Part shown: piece by piece, positions 10,004 to 20,030 of the stretch
Numbering within the stretch: position 1 is the first letter of the stretch
Layout: every line of letters starts with the position of its first letter
Origin: Candidatus Adlerbacteria bacterium
GTDB lineage: Bacteria; Patescibacteriota; Minisyncoccia; Phycocordibacterales; SBAW01
Reading direction: 5' to 3'
DNA: 64,000 bases
NCBI GenBank assembly: GCA_963749085.1
Contig: CAVVLG010000003.1
Location: 219,380 to 283,379 of the forward strand
Position numbers and translations under genes: made by a program
Notes under the pieces: generated by a model
The model's input: the letters and a program-made list of their open reading frames with translations, nothing else
Databases searched by the model: none
What the model was told of the DNA's origin: nothing

Positions 10004-12202
10004 ATGCAAAGTAAAAAATTCTCTCTCGAGATCGGCGGCAAGACTATGACCGCGGAGTTCAGCGACTTAGCCGAGCAGGCCAACGGCTCGGTTATTTTGC
10101 ACTACGGCAACACGGCGGTCCTCGCGACTGCGGTCATTTCAAGCCGAACGCGTGACGATATCGATTATTTCCCCCTCACGGTTGATTACGAAGAGCGATT
10201 TTATGCGGCCGGCGCCATTTTGGGTAGCCGTTTCATGCGCCGAGAAGGACGTCCTTCGGATGCCGCGATACTCTCCGGCCGCATCGTCGACCGCACTATC
10301 CGCCCGCTCTTTCCGCAGCACATCCGCAATGAACTGCAGGTTGTCATCACGGTGCTCGCGCTCGACGAGGAGGATCCGGATCAAGTTGCGGTCAACGCCG
10401 CGTCGCTCGCGCTCGCTACTTCTGATATTCCCTGGGGCGGTCCCGTCGCGGCCGTCCGCATCGGTCAGAAGGGAACGGGTACATTCATTATTAACCCCAC
10501 GTACAAGGAACGCGAGGAAGGGAACCTCGACATACTCGCCTGCGGCAAAGACGGCACTATCAACATGATTGAGGTCGGAGCGCACGAAGCGAGTGAGGAT
10601 ACTATCGCCCGGGGATTCACCCAGGCTATTGAAGAGCACGATAACATTCTTGTGTGGCAGAAAAGCATCATTAAGGAGATCGGGAAGCAGAAGCGCGACG
10701 CCGAGAAACCCGAGTTGCCGGTAGTACTTACCGATCTCTATGCATCTGAATTCGCGAACCGGATCACACAGACCGTTTTCTGTGGAGTAGCCGGGAAAGA
10801 CGAGATTCATCGCTTTACTGATGAGTGGCTCGAGCGTTTTAAAGAAAAAGGGGAAGAGAGCCCCGAGTTGAAAGATATCAAAACTGGCGTCGCCAGACGC
10901 TTTATCGAAGACAAGATAGACGAGGAAATACACCGTGGCGCCGTTGAGGACAACAAGCGGGCGGACAACCGGAAGATGAACGAAATCCGTCCCCTCCTCG
11001 CACAGGCAGGGGGCATGTCGCCCATGCTTCACGGATCGGGCATTTTTTACCGCGGCGGCACACATGTCTTTACCGCGCTGACCTTGGGCGGCCCGGGTGA
11101 TAGCCAGATCGTCGACACGATGGAGGAACACGACACCAAAAAAAGATTCCTGCACCACTATAACTTTCCACCGTATTCCTCTGGCGAGGTTGGCCGCATG
11201 GGCGGCATCAACCGCCGCGCCACCGGACACGGCGCGCTTGCCGAGAAGGCGCTCGCGGCCGTCATACCACCCCCGGAAAAATTTCCCTACACCATTCGGC
11301 TGGTGTCGGAGTGCCTGGCGAGCAATGGTTCGACGTCAATGGGCTCCGCCTGCGCCTCCACGCTTGCGCTTATGGACGGCGGAGTACCCATAAAAGCACC
11401 GGTGGCTGGCATTGCTATGGGACTCATGACGCACAAAGGCAAACACAAGGTACTTACTGATATCCAAGGACCTGAGGATGAGTTCGGTGGAATGGATTTC
11501 AAGGTCGCGGGCACGCGCGAAGGCGTGACAGCCATCCAGCTTGATATCAAGCTCGACGGCATTCTGATCGAAGCCCTTACTGAAGCGCTCGCGGGCGCAA
11601 AAATGGCGCGTCTGCAGATCATCGACGTCATAGAAAAAGAAATTCCAGCACCACGCGTCACCATATCCCCGCGCGCGCCTGAAATACTCACGCTCCGAGT
11701 CAAACCTGATCAAATCGGTCTCGTCATCGGCGGGGGCGGCAAAACCATCAACGGCATCAAGGATTTCTCCGGGGTGGAGGATATCACCATTGAGGACGAC
11801 GGTTCGGTATTTATCACCGGCAAAGGTGGCACCGCAACCAAAGCCAAAGAAATGATAGAGGCGCTGGTCAAGGAATATAAGCCCGGCGAAGTGTACGAGG
11901 GCATAGTGAGCAGGCTTATGGATTTCGGCGCGTTCGTGCGCATCGGTCCCGGCAAAGACGCCGAGGGATTGGTGCACGTTTCCGAAGTGGCGCCGTTTCG
12001 CATCGATAAAATTTCAAACGCGGTTTCGATAGGCGAGAAAGTTCGCGTTATGATAAAGGAGATAGACGAGAAGGGGCGGATTAATCTCTCGATTAAAGCC
12101 GCGGACCCGGAGTTTGCCGCCCGCAAGGGCCTCCAGCCGTCATCAAACCCCAATGGACCAAGAACCGAGCGTCCCCAAAGACCTCCCCGCAGAGACTTCT
12201 AG
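10004..12202 (+). CDS. pnp: Polyribonucleotide nucleotidyltransferase
   Basis: YFPLTVDYEE, HHYNFPPYSSGEV, SNGSTSMGS, MDFKVAGT, KH and S1 domains. Confidence 0.97.
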   Translation: MQSKKFSLEIGGKTMTAEFSDLAEQANGSVILHYGNTAVLATAVISSRTRDDIDYFPLTVDYEERFYAAGAILGSRFMRREGRPSDAAILSGRIVDRTIRPLFPQHIRNELQVVITVLALDEEDPDQVAVNAASLALATSDIPWGGPVAAVRIGQKGTGTFIINPTYKEREEGNLDILACGKDGTINMIEVGAHEASEDTIARGFTQAIEEHDNILVWQKSIIKEIGKQKRDAEKPELPVVLTDLYASEFANRITQTVFCGVAGKDEIHRFTDEWLERFKEKGEESPELKDIKTGVARRFIEDKIDEEIHRGAVEDNKRADNRKMNEIRPLLAQAGGMSPMLHGSGIFYRGGTHVFTALTLGGPGDSQIVDTMEEHDTKKRFLHHYNFPPYSSGEVGRMGGINRRATGHGALAEKALAAVIPPPEKFPYTIRLVSECLASNGSTSMGSACASTLALMDGGVPIKAPVAGIAMGLMTHKGKHKVLTDIQGPEDEFGGMDFKVAGTREGVTAIQLDIKLDGILIEALTEALAGAKMARLQIIDVIEKEIPAPRVTISPRAPEILTLRVKPDQIGLVIGGGGKTINGIKDFSGVEDITIEDDGSVFITGKGGTATKAKEMIEALVKEYKPGEVYEGIVSRLMDFGAFVRIGPGKDAEGLVHVSEVAPFRIDKISNAVSIGEKVRVMIKEIDEKGRINLSIKAADPEFAARKGLQPSSNPNGPRTERPQRPPRRDF

Positions 12203-13352
12203 AAAAGAAGTCGACATTAACAAGATCCTCCTCCCAAACAAGGAGATTCATTCGCCGGCGAGCGCGCAGCGCATAAACGCGGGGGCATTGCTCGAACAAG
12301 AACAACGGGCGGCACAAGAAGGACCGACCACGGAGGCCGCACAATCGACCGTCTCTCCTGAAGTATCTCCGCCAGCAGCTCCGGTGCTAGTCAAAAAAGA
12401 TGAGGAAGCGGTGGTCAAGCCAATTGAGACCTATAAAAGCGACATCGAGGATTTGGTAAAGGATAAAAATATCTCGGTGCTCTCGATCGCCGCCGCAGAA
12501 GCCGAGCGCCGCGCCGCCGCGGGTCCTCAGGCAAGCGCTGCGATGAGTGGCGTTGACAAGGAAGAAAAAAGACACGTTGGGATTCGTCTGCTTATGATCA
12601 TTCTTGGCGCAGTGTTAGTGATCGCGGCCGCCGGGGCGCTTCTGTACGTGTTCGGAGCTTTCACCAGTAGCCCACCGGCTCAACAAACTACTCCTCAAAC
12701 GCCATTTATACCGGTGAATGGCAGCGTAGTGGTTACCATCACCCCGGGAGAGCTCCCGAGTTCTATCCTCGCGGATTTAAACACCGCAAAAAACGGCGTC
12801 TCGTTGTCCTTGGGGCTTATGTCGCAACTCTTGGTCGAGGAATCCTCAACAACGCCAAGCGGAGGCACGGTGCTCGCACCTCTTGACGCGCCGATGTTTC
12901 TCTCGACGATCGCGCCCGATGCCCCGCAAAGTCTTCTGCTGACGCTTCAACCGCAATATTTGCTCGGCGCACACGTGTACGACGGCAACCAGGCGTTTCT
13001 CATGTTGAGCGTCGATTCCTACGAGCAGGCGTTCTCGGGGATGCTCGCATGGGAACCGACTATGCAAAGTGATCTCTCACCGCTGTTTACCTATACGCCG
13101 CCTCCTTCCATTCCTGAGCAAATCCTCACCACCTCAACGCCCACCACGCCGGAATTTTTGCAGACCGGTTTTGTCGACGATATCGTCGACAATCACGACG
13201 CGCGCGTTGTGGAGGACCGTTCCGGCACTATCGTGCTGTTGTGGACGTTCCTCGACAACGACACCATCGTCATCACCACTAATGAAGCAACCCTCAGTGA
13301 AATAATCTCCCTTCTACAGACCGCGCCCGTTAATCCCGTGCCGGGACAGTAA
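12153..13352 (+). CDS. Single-pass membrane hypothetical protein
   Basis: Charged N-terminus, one TM (LLMIILGAVLVIAAAGALLYVF), acidic C-terminal domain with AFSGMLAWE. Confidence 0.7.
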   Translation: MDQEPSVPKDLPAETSRKEVDINKILLPNKEIHSPASAQRINAGALLEQEQRAAQEGPTTEAAQSTVSPEVSPPAAPVLVKKDEEAVVKPIETYKSDIEDLVKDKNISVLSIAAAEAERRAAAGPQASAAMSGVDKEEKRHVGIRLLMIILGAVLVIAAAGALLYVFGAFTSSPPAQQTTPQTPFIPVNGSVVVTITPGELPSSILADLNTAKNGVSLSLGLMSQLLVEESSTTPSGGTVLAPLDAPMFLSTIAPDAPQSLLLTLQPQYLLGAHVYDGNQAFLMLSVDSYEQAFSGMLAWEPTMQSDLSPLFTYTPPPSIPEQILTTSTPTTPEFLQTGFVDDIVDNHDARVVEDRSGTIVLLWTFLDNDTIVITTNEATLSEIISLLQTAPVNPVPGQ

Positions 13353-13372
13353 TATACGGTATACTACCCGTC

Positions 13373-13720
13373 ATGAATATTGATCAGCATAAGAAGAAAC
13401 TGGAGGAGGAGAAAAAGCTTGTCGAGAAGGAACTTTCGGATTTGGGATGGAAGAATCCCGAGACAGGCGAATGGGACACGTCGGGTGGGGATATCGATTC
13501 CTCCGCCACCGAGCTGGATGAGCTTGCCGACCGGCAAGAAGAATATGAGGAGCGCAGTGAGGAAGTGACGCCGCTTGAGGCTCGACTGAAAGACATCAAA
13601 GACGCTCTGCAAAAAATAGAGGATGGTACGTACGGCAGGTGCGACGAATGCGGGCAGAGAATAGAAGAGAGTCGGCTTGAGATAAACCCTGCGGCGCGGA
13701 CATGCCAAAAACACCTGTAA
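13373..13720 (+). CDS. TraR/DksA family zinc-finger protein
   Basis: Coiled coil then ALQKIEDGTYGRCDECG..RLEINPAARTCQKH. Confidence 0.9.
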   Translation: MNIDQHKKKLEEEKKLVEKELSDLGWKNPETGEWDTSGGDIDSSATELDELADRQEEYEERSEEVTPLEARLKDIKDALQKIEDGTYGRCDECGQRIEESRLEINPAARTCQKHL

Positions 13721-14334
13721 ATCCGGGTCAGTTTGATGCTTCATACCGACATCTGAAAAAGGAGAGGCGTTTAGGTCCTTTTATAAAACGGTACGGGCCC
13801 ATCGTGCACCGGCGGCGACATGCAACAGAGGCGTTCCAATCGCTTGCCGAAGCAATTATCTATCAACAGCTCTCAGGAAAAGCCGCCGCAACTATTTTGA
13901 AACGCTTCACTGCACTTTTTCCGAATAAAAAATTCCCGACGCCGGAGGAAGTGTTGAAAATCAGGGTAAAAAAATTAAGAAGCGCCGGACTCTCACATCA
14001 AAAGGCTGGCTATGTGAAGGATCTCGCACGTAAATTTAGAGACGGCAGCATACAACCAAAAAAATTCTCCTCGATGACCGATGAGGATATCATCACGCAC
14101 ATAACCGCGGTCAAAGGCATCGGCACGTGGACCGCGCACATGTTTTTGATGTTCACGCTCTCGCGCCCCGACATTTTGCCGACCGGGGACCTCGGCATAC
14201 AGAAAGGGTTCAAAAAACTGTTTAAGCTCACATCGATTCCTTCTCCCGCGCACATGGAGCGCTTAGCGTCCGCGTGGCGGGGCCACCGCACGGTCGCCTC
14301 CTTTTATCTATGGCGACTCGCGGACGAACAATAA
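13702..14334 (+). CDS. DNA-3-methyladenine glycosylase II (AlkA/HhH-GPD)
   Basis: AIIYQQLSGKAA, VKGIGTWTAHMFLMF, LPTGDLG. Confidence 0.9.
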   Translation: MPKTPVNPGQFDASYRHLKKERRLGPFIKRYGPIVHRRRHATEAFQSLAEAIIYQQLSGKAAATILKRFTALFPNKKFPTPEEVLKIRVKKLRSAGLSHQKAGYVKDLARKFRDGSIQPKKFSSMTDEDIITHITAVKGIGTWTAHMFLMFTLSRPDILPTGDLGIQKGFKKLFKLTSIPSPAHMERLASAWRGHRTVASFYLWRLADEQ

Positions 14335-14427
14335 GGATATTACTTTCCCGACAACCAGTTGAGCCAGTCGGGACCCACGTGGCTCGCAAACAGCTGCAGA
14401 TACGCGATAAGTTGCCAGACATTCATA

Positions 14428-15519
14428 TTAGGCATTGCACACTGGATCGCTCGTACCCAAAGGCAATTCGGCAAACGGATTTTGTGCGCCGCGGACTTCA
14501 AAGTGCACGTGCGGACCGGTCGCAAGCCCCGTCATACCCACCAAGCCTATAGTCTCTCCCTGAGACACTTGCGTGCCGGCGGATATGAGCACTCTGCTCA
14601 TATGCGCATAGAGCGTTTGGGTGTTGTTTGAATGCTGGATAACGACATAGTTGCCGTAGCCACCATTCCACGCACCGTTGTCCTTGGAAACAATGACGAT
14701 GCCGGCCGCTGCGGCATAAATGGGAGTGCCGGTGCGGGCGCCGATATCAACCGCATTCCATCCATGGAGACCCTGAGTAACCACACCAGGCCATGAGCAG
14801 CTGGTGATATTCCCCGCAAGCGGCCACTCGTAATAGTCCGCAATAGCCGGTCCGCCGCCGCCGAGATACGGCTCGGTGCTTCCTGATGCTGCTCTAAGGC
14901 CTCCAGTCGATCCGGTGGCAAGCTGAGGAGGAGGGGAGGACGCGTAACTTGGCGCAGTCGCACTCAATTCGCCATCTGGAATGATGATACTCATGCCCGG
15001 CGTGAGCGACTCATCTGGCGAGAGTCCGTTGTACTGCGCTATATCATCCGCGTTAGAGCTATAGGTGGTGGCGAGCGAGGCAAGTGTCTCGCCCTTCTGC
15101 ACCGTGTGCTCCACGCCCGTAATGGGGAGGATAATGAGGGTATCGCCCGGATGAATGACGCCGTTTGGTATGTCGTTGGCCCATATGATCGTGTTCACTG
15201 ATACCCCGAACATCTGCGCTATCTGGGAGAGCGTGTCGCCCGGGCGCACCGTATAGACGCTGACTTGTGAGGACGTCGGCCACTGCTCAATATCGGCCGA
15301 GGTACCCGAAGGTCCCTCCTGGGGCACAAGTGCCGAACCGTCAACCACCGTGATACCGCCTCCTCCAACAGGGGGGTTTGGATCCAGATTTACCGCCGCG
15401 GCAAGGAGGGGAACCGTCTGGGAGTTAAGAGTCGGGGTAGCATCTGAGGAGGTTGTCTGACCAAAAAGAGAAGAGAGAAAACTGGCTTGCGCAAAGAGAG
15501 GAAAAAGAAGGATAAGCAA
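14428..15519 (-). CDS. 2x LysM + M23 peptidase cell-wall hydrolase
   Basis: YTVRPGDTLSQIA, HTVQKGETLASLA, AVDIG, YAHM, TGPHVHFEVR; start uncertain. Confidence 0.9.
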   Translation of the reverse strand: MLILLFPLFAQASFLSSLFGQTTSSDATPTLNSQTVPLLAAAVNLDPNPPVGGGGITVVDGSALVPQEGPSGTSADIEQWPTSSQVSVYTVRPGDTLSQIAQMFGVSVNTIIWANDIPNGVIHPGDTLIILPITGVEHTVQKGETLASLATTYSSNADDIAQYNGLSPDESLTPGMSIIIPDGELSATAPSYASSPPPQLATGSTGGLRAASGSTEPYLGGGGPAIADYYEWPLAGNITSCSWPGVVTQGLHGWNAVDIGARTGTPIYAAAAGIVIVSKDNGAWNGGYGNYVVIQHSNNTQTLYAHMSRVLISAGTQVSQGETIGLVGMTGLATGPHVHFEVRGAQNPFAELPLGTSDPVCNA

Positions 15520-15923
15520 CGACGCTATCCCTGCAAAGAGATTGGAAAATAAGGTCCTTTTGAGCTTCCCCGCAAAAGATGGCTTAACCGCCGGAGAAGT
15601 GTCCGAATGATGATAGTCTATAAGCCTATTTCACCTGACAGTCACTCGTTTCTCTCAATTAATGGCCCAACAGAGCCAGTTCATTGTGCCTTCACCCTGT
15701 ACTTACCCAGTGTATCGGTTGAGGAGTGAGAGTCAACTAGACAACGGACAGGGTGTGTATAACAAAATTACTGGCGCCTAAAAACTGGCCCTATATGGCG
15801 ACCATTCCTTCTATCTATCTATTGCCTAAGGAAAGTCTTTAAATCCGAGGTCTCGCAGCGGTGGTTGGTCTGGTTTTTCTTTTGTGCTGGGAGATCCACA
15901 GTGGCCATGCTTTTCAGATGACT

Positions 15924-16211
15924 TCAAGGAAGGCTCGGGGTAGCCGGGGCGCCAGAAGGACGTGGCTCTGGTGGCACGTGCCACGTCAGCGTGGTGTCAG
16001 GAATTCTATTCACGACATCTTGTTGTTCCTTCTGCTTTTGGAGTTCAGTGAAGTCGCTTTGAATTTGAAGTGCGGGATCTAGGTGTGTCTCCGATGTGTG
16101 CGCCGGGATGGGAGAGCTGGCGAGTGCTATTCCAAGAGCCCCGGCAGCGAGGACTCCCGATTTCTTTTTGGAAACTTTTTCGCTGCTGGATTTTGGCGCT
16201 TCAAGTGACAT
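15924..16211 (-). CDS. Small hypothetical exported protein
   Basis: KKK then hydrophobic GVLAAGALGIALA. Confidence 0.5.
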   Translation of the reverse strand: MSLEAPKSSSEKVSKKKSGVLAAGALGIALASSPIPAHTSETHLDPALQIQSDFTELQKQKEQQDVVNRIPDTTLTWHVPPEPRPSGAPATPSLP

Positions 16212-16369
16212 ACGTCGTACTACTCAGTATAAGGGGTAGCACTGTTGAGGCCATGAGTACCTGTAGATAACAGTAAAACTTCCATTGCTGCCAAGGAATT
16301 ACAACAGAACGTGAGCGAAGAAGAGGAGAACATTTTGTGTATCCTTCCTGGTACGCTATAGTTGCTTTC

Positions 16370-18268
16370 GTGCAACCTTTTGAAGGTCTCAACGCCGCGC
16401 AGCAAGAGGCCGTTCGCACAACTGAGGGACCGCTCCTAGTCTTGGCAGGCGCTGGGGCAGGAAAGACCCGCGTTATCGTCGAGCGGATACTCCAGATAGT
16501 GCGTGGCGGCGTGGCCCCTGAGCACATACTTGCCATAACGTTCACGAACAAAGCGGCCGGGGAGATGCGCGAGCGGGTGCTGAAACGCCTCTCTCCCCAG
16601 GACCGAGCACCGTTCATTTCGACCTTCCACTCGCTTGGGCTTCTCATACTCAAAGAAAATTTCCGAGCGTTGGGGCTCAAGCGCCGCCCGGCCGTATACG
16701 ATCGCGCCGATTCGCTACGCACCATAAAGGAAGTTTTAAAATCACTCGGATCCGGCGGCGAAATTGAGCCGCGTGCGGCACTCAGTGGTATATCGCGGCA
16801 AAAGGGGGAAGGGGTAACAGCTGGGCAGTTTAGCGAGAGCGCTCACACACATCGAGACCGCTTTCTAGCTTCCCTCTGGCTTGCTTATGAGCGAGCGCTT
16901 TCGGAGGATAGTGCGTTGGATTTCGATGATCTTCTGTTGCGCTCGGAGAAATTTTTGCGCGAAACACCCTCCGCGCGAGACAGGTACCAACAACGATGGC
17001 AATACATCCACATAGATGAATACCAGGATACCAACCGCATTCAGGCACGACTGGCAGAACTTTTGGTCGGAGAAGGAACCCACCTATGCGCGGTCGGTGA
17101 CATCGATCAGACGATCTACAGCTGGCGAGGCGCGGACATAGCCAATATACTGTCGTTCGAGAAAAAATACGCAGGTGCGCGCGTTATCACGCTTGAAGAA
17201 AATTACCGCTCAACCAAACATATCCTCGCTGCGGCTAATGAGGTGATAGCGAAGAATGTGCATCGGCTTGAAAAAAATCTCTATACCAACAATGCCGAGG
17301 GCGAAGCGCTGTCGCTCTATCAGGCGTTCGATGAAACGGATGAAGCGAGATTCGTTGTACGAGAGATAGCCACACGTATGGCCGAAAAAAAAGCGCGCCC
17401 GAGCGATTGCTGCGTGTTGTACCGCGTGAACTTTCAGTCGCGCGCACTCGAGGAAGCGTTGCTTGCCGCGGATATACCCTACCAGGTCGTAGGCACTCGA
17501 TTTTTTGAGCGCAAAGAAGTGAAAGATATGCTTGCGTGGGTTCGTGCAGCGCTCTTTGAGACGCCGAGTGATATAGTGCGTGCGGCAGGAGTGCCCGCGC
17601 GCGGCATCGGTAAAGTGACGCTTCTTAAAATGCTTGGCGGTCGCGAGCATGAACTCAGCGGTGCTGTACAGCACAAGGTTGCGCGTTTCCATATGCTCCT
17701 CACAGCGATACGGGAAAAGGCCACGGAGCTTTCTCCCTCTAAGCTTATGCGCTTTGTGCTTGTGGAGTCTGGTATGGACCGTATGCACAAGGAAGATAAA
17801 CTTGAGGGGGAGGAGCGGCTTGAAAATATCCGTGAACTTATCTCGCTTGCTGCCCGCTATGATGCAGAGTCGGGGGATCCTGAAGAGCGTCTCCAGGAAT
17901 TTCTTGACTCGGCCGCTCTGGCAAGCGACCAGGACGAACTTAAAGACACCAACGACGCCGTGCGGCTTATGACGGTGCACGCAAGCAAGGGGCTGGAATT
18001 CTCCTATGTATTCATCACCGGCCTTGAAGAAGGGCTTTTCCCCTACGAGCGGGAGGAAGAGGGACAAGATGCGGAGGAGGAGCGGCGGCTCATGTACGTG
18101 GCGCTCACCCGCGCCCGAAAAAAAGTGTTTCTCTCCTATGCCTCGTACCGCACGGTGTTCGGATCAAAAAACGGCACGATGCCGTCTCAGTTTCTCTCCG
18201 ATATTCCGCAGGAGCTGCTTCAGTGGGAATCGCCGGAGCGCGTGGCTAAAACTATTTATCTCGAGTAA
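16370..18268 (+). CDS. pcrA: ATP-dependent DNA helicase UvrD/PcrA
   Basis: LAGAGAGKTR, DEYQDTN, VGDIDQTIYSWRGA, MTVHASKGLEF, YVALTRA. Confidence 0.93.
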   Translation: MQPFEGLNAAQQEAVRTTEGPLLVLAGAGAGKTRVIVERILQIVRGGVAPEHILAITFTNKAAGEMRERVLKRLSPQDRAPFISTFHSLGLLILKENFRALGLKRRPAVYDRADSLRTIKEVLKSLGSGGEIEPRAALSGISRQKGEGVTAGQFSESAHTHRDRFLASLWLAYERALSEDSALDFDDLLLRSEKFLRETPSARDRYQQRWQYIHIDEYQDTNRIQARLAELLVGEGTHLCAVGDIDQTIYSWRGADIANILSFEKKYAGARVITLEENYRSTKHILAAANEVIAKNVHRLEKNLYTNNAEGEALSLYQAFDETDEARFVVREIATRMAEKKARPSDCCVLYRVNFQSRALEEALLAADIPYQVVGTRFFERKEVKDMLAWVRAALFETPSDIVRAAGVPARGIGKVTLLKMLGGREHELSGAVQHKVARFHMLLTAIREKATELSPSKLMRFVLVESGMDRMHKEDKLEGEERLENIRELISLAARYDAESGDPEERLQEFLDSAALASDQDELKDTNDAVRLMTVHASKGLEFSYVFITGLEEGLFPYEREEEGQDAEEERRLMYVALTRARKKVFLSYASYRTVFGSKNGTMPSQFLSDIPQELLQWESPERVAKTIYLE

Positions 18269-18285
18269 CGTTTCTTCTGAGCAGT

Positions 18286-19059
18286 ATGCTGCGTAAAAAA
18301 TCTCTGGGCCAACATTTTTTGCACAACCCGTATTATCTGCGTCTCATCGTTGACGCCGCGCATCTGAAAGCAGGAGAGCGGGTGCTTGAAATAGGGCCTG
18401 GAGAAGGCGCACTTACCCGCGAACTTCTGAAGCGCGACGTCAACGTTATTGCCATTGAAAAAGATGCTCGTCTCATACCGATGCTGCAAGAAAAATTCCG
18501 CATTGAAATCTCAACCGGCGCATTGCTACTCGTTGAGAGTGATGCGCTTGCCTTTGCTATATCAAAATTGAAATTAAAAAAATATATCGTGGTCGCCAAT
18601 ATTCCGTACTATATTACGGGTGCACTGTTAAAAAAATTCCTTTCGGAAAAAAACCAGCCTTCGCGCATGGTACTACTGGTGCAAAAAGAAGTCGCCGAAC
18701 GAATCGCACGAAGCACAAAAGAATCCATCCTCTCCCTTTCAATAAAAGCATACGGGACAGCGCGATATGTCAAAACGGTTCCGCGCGGCGCATTTTCGCC
18801 TGTACCAAGCGTTGATTCGGCGATAATGACGGTAGAAAATATCTCGCGAAAGAATTTTGCCAACGCTCACCATGAAAAGAGATTTTTTGAAATGGTCCGT
18901 GGGGGTTTCTCCCACAAAAGAAAGTTACTTAAGCGCAATTTGGAGCGTCTGCTTGGCAAAAATTATGTGAGTATGTTGCAAATTATCGGCATACCCGACA
19001 CTGCCCGCGCCGAGGACGTATCGTTGGGACAATGGATTGCTCTCAGCAGGGAAGTATAA
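18286..19059 (+). CDS. rsmA: 16S rRNA dimethyladenosine transferase
   Basis: KKSLGQHFL, LEIGPGEGALT, VANIPYYIT. Confidence 0.96.
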   Translation: MLRKKSLGQHFLHNPYYLRLIVDAAHLKAGERVLEIGPGEGALTRELLKRDVNVIAIEKDARLIPMLQEKFRIEISTGALLLVESDALAFAISKLKLKKYIVVANIPYYITGALLKKFLSEKNQPSRMVLLVQKEVAERIARSTKESILSLSIKAYGTARYVKTVPRGAFSPVPSVDSAIMTVENISRKNFANAHHEKRFFEMVRGGFSHKRKLLKRNLERLLGKNYVSMLQIIGIPDTARAEDVSLGQWIALSREV

Positions 19060-19104
19060 CCACTTTGCAACATCAAATCACAAAAAAAGGCGTTATAATT
19101 AGGA

Positions 19105-20025
19105 GTGATGAACTCCCGGTCCTATCTGCCGAGCCCACAATTTACTCTGATAGCGATCTCTGTTGCACTCTCTGCGGGATTGGTAGTGGCCGCAGAATTT
19201 TTTACCCAGTCGCCCCAGCCGCAAGCGCAAATTGCAGTCGATAATTCGCAGGCCGCAAGCGACAACTCAAATTGGCAGGCGGCACTCTATGCCATAGAAG
19301 CCGAAAATGCTTCAACCTCGCTTGCCGTGCCAAGCCCTGACGCGCTCGATCAACTGCTGCAGGCGGCGCAAAGTCCCAATCTCACCGACACTATTGGCCG
19401 CACCCTGTTAATAAACATAAGCAATGCCGAATCGCAGAGCCTTGGGGATGACATCCCCACGCAAGACCAGATCGTCGCGGAGGCGGCGGCGCAAGCAGAG
19501 AATGCGGTGGCAACAACTACGGTGTATGGCTTTTCAGATCTCAACATTGTACCGACATCCAGCGATACGCTTCACGCCTATGGCAATGCCGTTATACAGA
19601 CTCTCAGTGGATACCCCAATGCCAGCGAACAGGCGACGTTTCTCGGGTTAGATGAGATAGTCGAAGGTCACGAGACCGCAGCGTCAAAAGGTCTAGCTGG
19701 TATAGGTGCTGCATACAAAGCCGCAGCAGTGGCTCTCCTCGCCGTTCCGGTGCCACAGACGCTTGCACCGCTCCACCTGGAAGTCATAAACAACTTACTC
19801 AGTACAAGCGCAACGTATGCGGATATGGAAACCATCGGTTCTGACCCGGTGCGCGGTCTTGAGGGATTCCAAACTTACGAATCACTGATGGATAATGGGG
19901 CGAACCTGTTCACAAACATTGCGCAGGAATTGTCCAGCGACGGTATACTTTTTACTAAGGACGAGCCGGGAAGCGCGTGGAGCGTTTTCCTGAACCCGAC
20001 CGGAACGCCGACATCGCCGCAATAA
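19105..20025 (+). CDS. Exported hypothetical protein, first gene of T4SS-like run
   Basis: N-terminal TM, helical acidic body (LLAVPVPQTLAPLHLEVIN). Confidence 0.7.
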   Translation: MMNSRSYLPSPQFTLIAISVALSAGLVVAAEFFTQSPQPQAQIAVDNSQAASDNSNWQAALYAIEAENASTSLAVPSPDALDQLLQAAQSPNLTDTIGRTLLINISNAESQSLGDDIPTQDQIVAEAAAQAENAVATTTVYGFSDLNIVPTSSDTLHAYGNAVIQTLSGYPNASEQATFLGLDEIVEGHETAASKGLAGIGAAYKAAAVALLAVPVPQTLAPLHLEVINNLLSTSATYADMETIGSDPVRGLEGFQTYESLMDNGANLFTNIAQELSSDGILFTKDEPGSAWSVFLNPTGTPTSPQ

Positions 20026-20030
20026 GACAC

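Noticed and set aside
10139-11977. Long antisense ORFs opposite pnp (similarly opposite pcrA and TerL)
   Set aside because: Shadow frames of codon-biased genes with no recognisable motifs
15631-15633. Genetic code 25 (TGA=Gly)
   Set aside because: TGA terminates clear genes such as dnaA (37513), tsaE (47751) and ruvC, and long ORFs are intact under code 11
15640-15710. c-di-AMP or other riboswitch before the LysM-M23 gene
   Set aside because: No consensus motifs recognisable by eye; would need an Rfam scan
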